Shown here: piece after piece, positions 55,621 through 63,834 of the stretch
Position numbering within the stretch: position 1 is the first letter of the stretch
Layout of the letters: the number at the start of each line of letters is the position of its first letter
Source: Acidobacteriota bacterium
GTDB lineage: Bacteria; Acidobacteriota; Thermoanaerobaculia; Multivoradales; J023
NCBI GenBank assembly: GCA_029263355.1
Contig: JAJCXQ010000420.1
Span: 1,540 to 65,539, forward strand
Direction: 5' to 3'
DNA: 64,000 bases
Notes under the pieces: model-generated
Databases searched by the model: none
Seen by the model: only the letters and a program-made list of their open reading frames with translations
What the model was told of the DNA's origin: nothing
Program-made: the position numbers and the translations under genes

Positions 55621-56429
55621 GCTGGCGCGAGATCGAACGGGTGGAGCTGCCATCGCCGCGCGAGTTTCAGCGGAAGTACCTTGCCGGGTCGCGACCGGCC
55701 GTGTTCACCAATGCCATGGACCATTGGCCGGCCCGAGAGATGTGGACTCCTGAGTACTTCAAGTCGAGGTACGGGGACATCAAACTTCTGGTTCAGAATC
55801 ACGAAGCGCTGACCGGAGAGGCGAGTGGACCGATCGAGGAGCAGTACGCGGAACAGCGCTTGGGTGACTACATCGACGACCTGCTGACGCCGGAGCAGAA
55901 GACAGGCTACATCGTGCAGTGCCCGCTGCTCGACGCGGTGCCCGAGCTTCGCCATGATGTCGACTTTCCGCCCTTCTTTTCGCCGCTCTCCCGACCGAAG
56001 CTGCAACTGTGGATCGGCCCGGCAAACACCAACTCCAAGCTCCACTACGACCAGGACGAGAATCTCTTCGCTCAGATCTATGGCAGGAAGCGGATTATCC
56101 TAGCGCCGCCGGAAGCGACGAAGTACTGCTACCCGACCAACGTCACCTGGGGGGAAGGCTACAGCCCGATCCACCCTCACGACCCTGATCTGACTCACTA
56201 CCCGCTGTTCGCGAAGGTTCGACGTTACCAGACCGTTCTCGGACCGGGCGAGATCCTCTACATCCCTCTCCGCTGGTGGCACGATGTCACTGCGCTCGAA
56301 CCCGCTATCTCGGTCAACTTATGGTGGTGGCCGCCGAAACTGATGATCCGCAACGTCGCCTACCGGGAATGGGACCGCCTCAGCAAGCGCTTGACAGGCA
56401 AGCTAGGTGTCTCCTACGGCCCCCGCTAA
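55617..56429 (+). CDS. JmjC/cupin-8 Fe(II)/2-oxoglutarate oxygenase, FIH-like (JmjC-only hydroxylase type)
   Basis: ATGA overlap with the SET gene. LHYDQDENLFAQIYGRKRIILAPP (HxD facial triad, compare FIH [24 protein letters not shown]), ...GPGEILYIPLRWWHDV...SVNLWW (distal His). The ORF-track extension to 55134 was rejected. Confidence 0.85.
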   Translation: MSWREIERVELPSPREFQRKYLAGSRPAVFTNAMDHWPAREMWTPEYFKSRYGDIKLLVQNHEALTGEASGPIEEQYAEQRLGDYIDDLLTPEQKTGYIVQCPLLDAVPELRHDVDFPPFFSPLSRPKLQLWIGPANTNSKLHYDQDENLFAQIYGRKRIILAPPEATKYCYPTNVTWGEGYSPIHPHDPDLTHYPLFAKVRRYQTVLGPGEILYIPLRWWHDVTALEPAISVNLWWWPPKLMIRNVAYREWDRLSKRLTGKLGVSYGPR

Positions 56430-56462
56430 ACTACGACAAGCAAGCTTGGAGAACTCGAGTCT

Positions 56463-57422
56463 ATGAGCGACACCATCCTTCACGTCGAGACCATCGGCAA
56501 GAGCTTCGAAACCGTCCGCGCTCTTGACGACCTCAGCTTCCAGATCGAAGCCGGCGAGATCTTTGCCCTCCTCGGGCCAAACGGTGCCGGCAAGTCGACA
56601 ACCGTACGCATCCTGATGGGGATACTACGGCCAGACTCCGGCCAGATTCGATATCAGATCGGTTCCTACCTCGGACCGGAACCGCCGTCTAGGACTCTCG
56701 GCTATCTGCCGGAGGATCGTGGCCTCTACCCGGACGTACCGATCCTCAAGACCCTTGTCTACATGGGGATCCTACGCGGGATGCCACGCGCTGAGGCTAC
56801 TGAGGCTACCCGCCACTGGCTGGGGCGCCTAGGCCTCCTCGAGCGCGAAGGGGAAAAGCTGGACGCCCTATCGAAAGGTAACCAGCAGAGAGTGCAGTTC
56901 ATCGGCTCGATCCTCCACAGTCCTAGCTTCGCGGTCCTCGACGAACCGTTCTCCGGCCTCGATCCGATCAACCAGGAACAGATCCTCGACATCTTGCGCG
57001 ATCTCCGCAAGGCGGGTACGACGATCTTACTCAGCGCTCACCACCTCGATCTCGTCGAGCGCATCGCCGACCGGGTTCTGCTGCTCGACCAGGGACGAGA
57101 AGTGCTCGCGGGCACCATCGACGAGGTCAAGAAAGTAACCGCGGCGCGGCGGCTTGTTTTCGAGATCGCAGGTACCCCCGACACAGAAATCATCGAGTCC
57201 TTACCAGGCGTCGAGGCGGTCGAGATTCGCGATTCGGGCGAGATAGCTACTACGCTTGGAAGGACTGTCGAGCTGAATGCGTTCTTGAATGCGTTGACCT
57301 CACGCTTCGAGGTCACTTCGATCCGATCGACGGAGATGGACTTGCACGACATTTTTGTCGGCAAGATCTCGGAGCGGCGCGCGGCGGCCGAGAGCGCGCC
57401 AGGCGCTAAGGAGGCAATCTGA
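56463..57422 (+). CDS. ABC transporter ATP-binding protein (ABC-2/DrrA-like)
   Basis: Walker A GPNGAGKST, signature LSKGNQQRV, Walker B LDEPFSGLD. Confidence 0.9.
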   Translation: MSDTILHVETIGKSFETVRALDDLSFQIEAGEIFALLGPNGAGKSTTVRILMGILRPDSGQIRYQIGSYLGPEPPSRTLGYLPEDRGLYPDVPILKTLVYMGILRGMPRAEATEATRHWLGRLGLLEREGEKLDALSKGNQQRVQFIGSILHSPSFAVLDEPFSGLDPINQEQILDILRDLRKAGTTILLSAHHLDLVERIADRVLLLDQGREVLAGTIDEVKKVTAARRLVFEIAGTPDTEIIESLPGVEAVEIRDSGEIATTLGRTVELNAFLNALTSRFEVTSIRSTEMDLHDIFVGKISERRAAAESAPGAKEAI

Positions 57423-58612
57423 TGAGCTCGAGCAGACTTCTCTTTGAGATCGCCCGATGGGAGTTCGGTCGCTGGTTCAAATTCGGCGACCGGCTCCGCT
57501 CGCTGGTTTCCTCCGCCCTCATCGGCCTCGCGGTATGGGGTGGCCTCGCACTTGTCGAACGGTTTAGCCGAACCGAGGTGACGGTAGTCGTCTTCGGCAC
57601 GGAAACACTGCCTCTCGCCGCGCCTGAAGATGCGTTAATCCAACTCGAACCGGCAGCAGGCCGCAGCCTCGATGACTTGCGAAAGGAACTTGCCCAGCAG
57701 GAAATCGATGCTGTACTCAACCTTCAGACGGCCGACGCTGGCCAGCTTCTTGTCACGCGTGAGCCCGGTTACCTCACCGAACTGACAGAAATCCTGTCCC
57801 TGGCGCGACGGCAAGTGAGACTCGACGAGTTGGAGATCAACGAGGAACAATTAGCCACCCTCAACCGCCCCTACGAGCTGAGCGTCGAGTCGGTGGCAAA
57901 AGGCGGACGCAAGACGACGGCTGACAAGATCGCGGCGGGTGTGCTGATCGGCCTGATGACGCTCGGAGTCTTCATCGGTCTGAGCTACCAATTTGTCGTC
58001 ATCACCGGCGAGAAGCGCCTGCGTATTACCGAGCAGATCGTCTCGGCGGTGTCACCTCAGAGCTGGATTGATGGCAAGATCCTCGGGCTATCCGCTCTGT
58101 CGATGGTCAGCCTGTTGACTTATCTTGCCGGTACCTTGATTTTCCTGTTTGTGGCCACACTTTTCGGTAATCCCATCACGATACCTAGCAGCGCCGCCAA
58201 TCCCGGTTTGTGGCTGCTCTTGGGCCTGTTCTCTGCCGGAGGTTTCTTTCTCTGGAACACCCTTTTTGCGGCCTTCGCCGCCACCATTGACGACCCCAAC
58301 ACCTCGGCGCGAGGGTCGCTCATGATGCTGCCATTCTTCCCCCTGGCACTCGCCTTCTTCGTGCTCAAAAGTCCCGACGCGGAGATCATCCGCCTGCTCG
58401 GCCTCTTTCCCTTGACTTCGCCGACGGTGATGGCGGCACGTCTCGTCCTGACCCAGGTCACGTGGTGGGAGATCCTACTCAGCCTTGGTCTACTCGCGGC
58501 CACCATCTTAGTGTTGCGACGAGTCGCCGGTAAAATCTTTGCCCTCTCGATCCTCATGTATGGCAAGGAGCCCTCATGGTCCGAGATGGCCCGCTGCCTT
58601 CGTGAGGCTTGA
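57422..58612 (+). CDS. ABC-2 family transporter permease
   Basis: 1-nt overlap with the ATPase gene (TGATG). N-terminal TM helix, a large loop, then about 5 TM helices. Confidence 0.8.
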   Translation: MSSSRLLFEIARWEFGRWFKFGDRLRSLVSSALIGLAVWGGLALVERFSRTEVTVVVFGTETLPLAAPEDALIQLEPAAGRSLDDLRKELAQQEIDAVLNLQTADAGQLLVTREPGYLTELTEILSLARRQVRLDELEINEEQLATLNRPYELSVESVAKGGRKTTADKIAAGVLIGLMTLGVFIGLSYQFVVITGEKRLRITEQIVSAVSPQSWIDGKILGLSALSMVSLLTYLAGTLIFLFVATLFGNPITIPSSAANPGLWLLLGLFSAGGFFLWNTLFAAFAATIDDPNTSARGSLMMLPFFPLALAFFVLKSPDAEIIRLLGLFPLTSPTVMAARLVLTQVTWWEILLSLGLLAATILVLRRVAGKIFALSILMYGKEPSWSEMARCLREA

Positions 58613-58733
58613 TCGTGAGAGCCGCAACCACCAAGAATTGTATCGAAGACGAGAAGTTTCGCCCTAAACGGAACAGCTGTCGTCTCTTCTCTAGGTCGTT
58701 GCGTAGCCGGGCGTTCCGGCAAGAAAGCGTCAT

Positions 58734-59435
58734 ATGAAAAAAGATGTGTTCTTCCATTGGTCTCAGGCCCGTTTCCTCAAAGACACGTTGCGCAACAAAA
58801 ACATCGAGGTCGGCGACAACACGTACTACTCGGGTTTTTACCACGGCGAGCACTTCGATGAGTTGTGTGTGCGTTACTTGCTCGGTGACCCAGAGTCGCT
58901 GAAGATTCTGCGGGCTAACGACACTGAGATCGACCGGCTGATCATTGGAAAATTCTGCTGTTTCGCCAGCGGAGTGGTCATCGTCATGGGCGGCAACCAG
59001 GGCCACAACCCAGAGAACATCACCGTCTACCCTTTTCCAGACAAATTGGCTGAGCTCAAGAAGCTCAAGGGAGACACCGTGATCGGCAACGATGTCTGGC
59101 TGGGAACCGAGGCAATGATTCTGCCAGGGGTGAAGATTGGCGATGGCGCAATCATCGGCGCGCGGGCGCTGGTTTCGAAGGATGTCGAGCCCTATAACGT
59201 CGTCGTCGGCAATCCGGGGCGGGTCATCAAGCAACGATTCTCGGACGACGAAGTCGACAAGCTGCTCAAAATCCGCTGGTGGGACTGGCCCATGAAAGAA
59301 GTCTTCGCTCAGCAGGACATTCTGTGCAGTGGCAACATCGATCTCTTGTGGGAGATACATCTCCGGCGCCCAGCGGCGAAGATGCATCTCCGCCGCCCAG
59401 CGGCGGAGAAAAGACTCGGCTCCCCACCCGCCTGA
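58734..59435 (+). CDS. Vat-family (streptogramin A / xenobiotic) hexapeptide-repeat O-acetyltransferase
   Basis: By-eye alignment to Vat(D): ..IGKFCCFASGVVIVMGGNQGHN...YPFP...GDTVIGNDVWLGTEAMILPGVKIGDGAIIGARALVSKDVEPYNVVVGNPGRVIKQRFSDDEVDKLLKIRWWDWP. The extra C-terminal tail arises from a 27-bp tandem duplication. Confidence 0.85.
   Translation: MKKDVFFHWSQARFLKDTLRNKNIEVGDNTYYSGFYHGEHFDELCVRYLLGDPESLKILRANDTEIDRLIIGKFCCFASGVVIVMGGNQGHNPENITVYPFPDKLAELKKLKGDTVIGNDVWLGTEAMILPGVKIGDGAIIGARALVSKDVEPYNVVVGNPGRVIKQRFSDDEVDKLLKIRWWDWPMKEVFAQQDILCSGNIDLLWEIHLRRPAAKMHLRRPAAEKRLGSPPA
59358..59411 (+). repeat. 27-bp tandem duplication at the 3' end of the vat-like gene
   Basis: catctccggcgcccagcggcgaagatg / catctccgccgcccagcggcggagaaa, encoding HLRRPAAKM / HLRRPAAEK. 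Confidence 0.8.
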
Positions 59436-59586
59436 GACCTAGTGATCCACCTTTCTTCCAACGTCATGAAGAGTCAACATCTAATCAACCCTAACAACCG
59501 TGTCCAGGACACTCCGTCAAGCCTGACGCCACCGATTGTCGAAGCACCCCTTGCTAGCAAGATCGATCTGGAAGGAAGGAGAGCCA

Positions 59587-61515
59587 ATGTACAAAGTCAG
59601 CCTGGTCAATATGCCCTTCAGCCAACTGAGCCAGCCCTCAATGGCACTCACACAACTCAAGTCGGTCGTGGAGGAGCGACTCGGTGACAGGGTCCGGGTG
59701 AGGATCCTCTATCTGAGCCACGACTTCGGTCATTTCCTTGGCACTGAGGCTACCGAGCAACTCAACAACCAATCTTCGAACTCGGGGCTCGGAGATTGGT
59801 TCTTCCGGCGAGTCGCATTCCCCGAGTTGCAAGACAACGCCCGTGATTACTTCCAGCGCTACTTCCCTGGCCGAGATACCCAATTCGCGGCTCTCAAAGG
59901 GCGCCTGTTGGCCAAGCGCAACAGTCTCGACCGTTTCATGAAACAGCTCCTCGCACAGTACAGTTTGGATCAGGAAGACCTCCTGGGATTCACCACCATG
60001 TTCTCCCAGACGACCGCCTCATTGGCGATGGCCAAGCTGGTCAAAGGCAGGAACTCGGACGTCGTGACGGTCATGGGAGGAGCCAACTGCGAGGGCTCAA
60101 TGGGCCGTGCCTACGCCGAGAACTGCAATGATCTCGACTATGTGTTCTCCGGACCCTCGCTGGTGAACTTTCCAGATCTTGTCGAACATCTGGTCGATGG
60201 CCAGCAGGAGAAATGCCAGAAACTTGCCGGCGTTTATACGCAACAGAACTTCGAATCAGCTCACCTCGAGGGCCATGGTGCCTACGGCCCCGAACGGCCG
60301 ATGAGCCAAATCGTTGACCTCGACTACGACTCTTTCCTCAATGACATCGATCGGCGGTTCCCAAATCGCCAATTCGAGCCAAACATCTCCTTTGAAACCT
60401 CTCGCGGATGCTGGTGGGGGGAACGCTCTCATTGCACTTTCTGTGGACTCAACGGCAACACGATGGCCTTTCGTGAGATGCCACCCAAGGACGCTGTCGT
60501 CTACCTGCAAGGTCTTATTGACCGCTACGGGGATCGAGCCAAGGACTTCAATTGTGTCGACAACATCCTGCCCCGAAGCTACATCAACGATGTTTTCCCG
60601 GCCCTCGAGATACCCGAGGATGTGAGCTTCTTCTACGAGGTCAAAGCCGACCTCAAAGAGCACGAGATGGAAACCGTCGCTGCCGCTCGGGTCACCCGTA
60701 TCCAGCCCGGAATCGAGGCGTTGAACACCTCGACCTTGAAGCTGATGAAGAAGGGCACGACGACGTTCCACAACCTGGTGTTCCTGAAACACTGCATCAC
60801 CTACAACGTGGCGCCAGCGTGGAACCTGCTGATCGGATTCCCCGGCGAGGAGGCCGAGGTGTACCAGGGTTATCTCGAGCTGCTACCGCTGCTGCCGCAT
60901 CTTCCGCCTCCGGTCGGCGCCTTTCCGGTACGTTTCGATCGTTTTAGCCCCTACTTCTATCGCGCTAAAGAGTATGGCCTCGACCTCTCGCCGTACGACT
61001 TCTACCGTTACATCTACCCATTCGAAGAATCGGTGTTGGCCGAGCTTGCGTATTACTTCGAAGACCGAAACTACGAATCACGCTACCAAGTCGATATGGT
61101 GACTTGGCAGCAGAAGCTCAATACCGCGGTTCAAGCCTGGCATACGCTTTGGAGAAGGGACGATGGCGGAGAACAACCGCGTCTCTTGTTCCAAAAGACC
61201 AACGACCGATTCGTCGTTTACGACTCGCGATCCGGCAGACCGAAGATTCATCAGCTCGGCGATCTGGACTTGGAGCTTCTGGATCGGACCCGGGTCACAG
61301 GACGCAAAGTCAGGTCGCTAGCCTCTTCAACCAAGCTCTCCATTGACGAGGTGACGGACGCGATAGGGCGGCTGACGGGACTCGGTCTGATCTATGAGGA
61401 GAACGACAAGTTCATGAGCCTCGTAGTCGATGGCGACCGCCGTGAGCTGTATCGGAGCCAGATCGCCCCGCCCAAGGCGGAGCATCAGCCGTCCTCGCTG
61501 CGGGTAGTCGCCTAG
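59587..61515 (+). CDS. B12-binding-domain radical SAM enzyme of the RiPP-maturation (C-methyltransferase-like) type
   Basis: ATG at 59587 lies 6 nt after AAGGAG. N-terminus MYKVSLVNMPFSQLSQPSMALTQLKSVV and cluster motif SRGCWWGERSHCTFCGLNG, as I recall for the TIGR03975-type family. The track's TTG start at 59536 was rejected. Confidence 0.7.
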   Translation: MYKVSLVNMPFSQLSQPSMALTQLKSVVEERLGDRVRVRILYLSHDFGHFLGTEATEQLNNQSSNSGLGDWFFRRVAFPELQDNARDYFQRYFPGRDTQFAALKGRLLAKRNSLDRFMKQLLAQYSLDQEDLLGFTTMFSQTTASLAMAKLVKGRNSDVVTVMGGANCEGSMGRAYAENCNDLDYVFSGPSLVNFPDLVEHLVDGQQEKCQKLAGVYTQQNFESAHLEGHGAYGPERPMSQIVDLDYDSFLNDIDRRFPNRQFEPNISFETSRGCWWGERSHCTFCGLNGNTMAFREMPPKDAVVYLQGLIDRYGDRAKDFNCVDNILPRSYINDVFPALEIPEDVSFFYEVKADLKEHEMETVAAARVTRIQPGIEALNTSTLKLMKKGTTTFHNLVFLKHCITYNVAPAWNLLIGFPGEEAEVYQGYLELLPLLPHLPPPVGAFPVRFDRFSPYFYRAKEYGLDLSPYDFYRYIYPFEESVLAELAYYFEDRNYESRYQVDMVTWQQKLNTAVQAWHTLWRRDDGGEQPRLLFQKTNDRFVVYDSRSGRPKIHQLGDLDLELLDRTRVTGRKVRSLASSTKLSIDEVTDAIGRLTGLGLIYEENDKFMSLVVDGDRRELYRSQIAPPKAEHQPSSLRVVA

Positions 61516-61616
61516 ATCGCAGGTTCCGGCGCAGAAAGATTACGGTGGGCCGACCGTAGACTTCTCCGAAATTCACACGCCGGCAGCAGCAGCCCGTTAG
61601 AGCTGGTCGCTCTCTG

Positions 61617-61736
61617 ATGGACACGTGGTATGAGTTATGCGAATGGTGCGGCGGCGCGTTTCATGCCCAATACGAAGGCTGGGACGCGCGTCGCATCCGC
61701 TGGCAAGCGTGTTGGGGGGACGCTCGTCCTCTCTAA
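61617..61736 (+). CDS. possible 39-aa Trp/Cys-rich small ORF (very tentative)
   Basis: MDTWYELCEWCGGAFHAQYEGWDARRIRWQACWGDARPL. It lies 101 nt downstream of the radical SAM gene, has no clear SD, and overlaps the convergent SDR stop by 4 nt. Confidence 0.2.
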   Translation: MDTWYELCEWCGGAFHAQYEGWDARRIRWQACWGDARPL

Positions 61737-62590
61737 ACGAAGAAGTCCGGCATGAAGTCCTTTTCCCCTGGTGTCACTGAGTAGGCATCGAGGTTGTTGA
61801 CGCCTTCAGCTTGCAGCACTTCGTCATCGATATAGAAGTTGCCGGTAAATTTGCGGCTGTCCCGATGCAGGATCGCAATCGCGGCGTCACCCATGATGGC
61901 CGGTTTTCGGCATCGCTGAATCATCTCTTCGCCACCTAGCAAATTGCGGACCGCCGAAGTGGCAATTGCCGTGCGAGGCCACAGCGCATTAACGGCGATC
62001 CCCTGGTCGGCGAGCTCTGCCGCCATCCCCAGGACACACATACTCATGCCGAACTTGGCCATGGTGTATGCCACATGATTCTTGAACCACCTCGCCTCCA
62101 TGTTGAGCGGTGGTGAGAGGTTCAAGATATGCGGATTCTCCGCCTGGGCTAGGTGAGGAATCGCGACCTTGGAACACAGAAAAGTACCGCGGGTATTGAC
62201 CGAGTGCATCAGGTCATAACGTTTCATCTCAGTGTCGAGGGTTGCGGTGAGGCTGATCGCACTGGCGTTGTTGATCAGCACATCGAGGACACCAAAGGAC
62301 TCGACAGTCTTGGCGATCGCGGCCTCGACCTGGTCTTCGAAGCGGATATCGACTGCGCAAGGCAAGGCCTTACCTCCTGCTGCCTCGACTTCGGCAGCTG
62401 CGGTGAAGATCGTGCCTGGTAACTTGGGATGAGGCTCGGTGGTCTTGGCGGCAATCGCGACATTGGCGCCTTCGCGGGCAGCGGCGAGGGCAATCGCCTT
62501 ACCGATACCGCGACTGCCACCGGTAATGAAGACGGTTTTGCCCTTCAGCCGGGTGGTGGAACGGGCGGCCGGATCTGTATTGGACATCAC
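61733..62590 (-). CDS. short-chain dehydrogenase/reductase (HSDL2-like SDR)
   Basis: TGGSRGIGKAIA cofactor motif, NNAS, catalytic YTMAK. Confidence 0.85.
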   Translation of the reverse strand: MMSNTDPAARSTTRLKGKTVFITGGSRGIGKAIALAAAREGANVAIAAKTTEPHPKLPGTIFTAAAEVEAAGGKALPCAVDIRFEDQVEAAIAKTVESFGVLDVLINNASAISLTATLDTEMKRYDLMHSVNTRGTFLCSKVAIPHLAQAENPHILNLSPPLNMEARWFKNHVAYTMAKFGMSMCVLGMAAELADQGIAVNALWPRTAIATSAVRNLLGGEEMIQRCRKPAIMGDAAIAILHRDSRKFTGNFYIDDEVLQAEGVNNLDAYSVTPGEKDFMPDFFV

Positions 62591-62670
62591 GATCTCCTTT
62601 ATTCAGTGGAAGGGCAGGATCTATCAGATCCCTGGCCGAAGGCGGTACTAGGGCGGTAAAATACGTTCGC

Positions 62671-63828
62671 GTGAGCTCTTTAGAACCCGAAACGTTGACC
62701 GTGCGCCGCATCCTACACTGCGACATGGACTGCTTCTATGCCGCTGTCCACATGCGGGACGACCCCTCGTTGCGTCACCAGCCATTGGTGATCGGCGGCA
62801 ATCCCAACGGGCGTGGGGTTGTCGCCGCCGCCAACTACGAGGCGCGAAAGTATGGCATTCACTCGGCGATGCCCGCAGCACAGGCCCTGCGGCGCTGCTC
62901 ACACGTGGTGTTCATCAAACCCGAGTTTCCGCGTTACACCGAAGAGAGCCGAGCTATCTTTGACATCTTCCGCACCTTCACCCCCGTTGTCCAGCCCGCA
63001 TCCCTCGACGAGGCTTATCTCGATGTTTCAGACCATTTGGAGCCCTATGGCAGCGCCACCGCCGTCGCCCGTGCGATCCGGCTCAGAGTTCAAGAGGAGC
63101 GCAATCTCACTGTGAGTGTGGGGGTTGGGCCGAATCGGCTGATCGCCAAGATCGCGTCGGACTTCGACAAACCCGATGGCTTGACGGTGGTCAAACCTCG
63201 GCGAGTCCAAGCGTTCCTCGACCCATTGCCGGTACGACGACTGCACGGTGTTGGGCCAGCGACCGAGAAGGCGCTGCAAGAGCTCGGCGTCAAGACCATC
63301 GCCGATCTGCGATCTCTCGAGCAGAACACCTTGCAGCGTCGTTTCGGCCGTCACGGGCGGGGCCTCTACAACTTCAGCCGTGGCATCGACGAACGTCCCG
63401 TTCGAACCGACCGTGAGCGCAAGAGCTTGGGCAGTGAGCGCACCTACGCCCAAGACATTCGCAATCTCGAGGAGATGGACGCGCAACTCGAAGATCTAGC
63501 GCAACGGGTCGCAACCGGGCTGCAACGCCGTGAGATCACAGCTCGCACGATCACCGTCAAAGTGCGTTACCCCGACTTCACGACCTTGACTCGCTCCCGC
63601 AGCCTGGAGCGCCCCACAGCTTCAGCCGAGTTGATCGCTACACTCGCGATGGAACTATTGCGCTCGACCGACGCCGGAGCTCGCAACGTCCGGCTGCTCG
63701 GGGTCACCGGATCAGGGCTATCGACCGGCAATGACGGTCCCGAGCAGCTGGATCTTTTCGAGCGATCGGGAGCTCCAACCGAGCCCCCGATTGCATCTCG
63801 AGAATCAACCATCTCGAGAATCGTCTGA
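62671..63828 (+). CDS. dinB: DNA polymerase IV (Y-family)
   Basis: ILHCDMDCFYAAVHMRDDPSLRHQPLVIGG...GVVAAANYEARKYGIHSAMP...SLDEAYLDV...VSVGVGPNRLIAKIASD. Confidence 0.9.
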   Translation: MSSLEPETLTVRRILHCDMDCFYAAVHMRDDPSLRHQPLVIGGNPNGRGVVAAANYEARKYGIHSAMPAAQALRRCSHVVFIKPEFPRYTEESRAIFDIFRTFTPVVQPASLDEAYLDVSDHLEPYGSATAVARAIRLRVQEERNLTVSVGVGPNRLIAKIASDFDKPDGLTVVKPRRVQAFLDPLPVRRLHGVGPATEKALQELGVKTIADLRSLEQNTLQRRFGRHGRGLYNFSRGIDERPVRTDRERKSLGSERTYAQDIRNLEEMDAQLEDLAQRVATGLQRREITARTITVKVRYPDFTTLTRSRSLERPTASAELIATLAMELLRSTDAGARNVRLLGVTGSGLSTGNDGPEQLDLFERSGAPTEPPIASRESTISRIV

Positions 63829-63834
63829 CGAGGT

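Noticed and set aside
58554-59387. 277-aa minus-strand ORF
   Set aside because: It is antisense to the vat-like gene, which has strong full-length family similarity, and has no recognisable motifs.
59442-59687. 81-aa ORF as a candidate RiPP precursor upstream of the radical SAM gene
   Set aside because: It overlaps the radical SAM coding region by about 100 nt in another frame, has no leader/core features, and the AAGGAG at 59575-59580 serves the radical SAM start instead.
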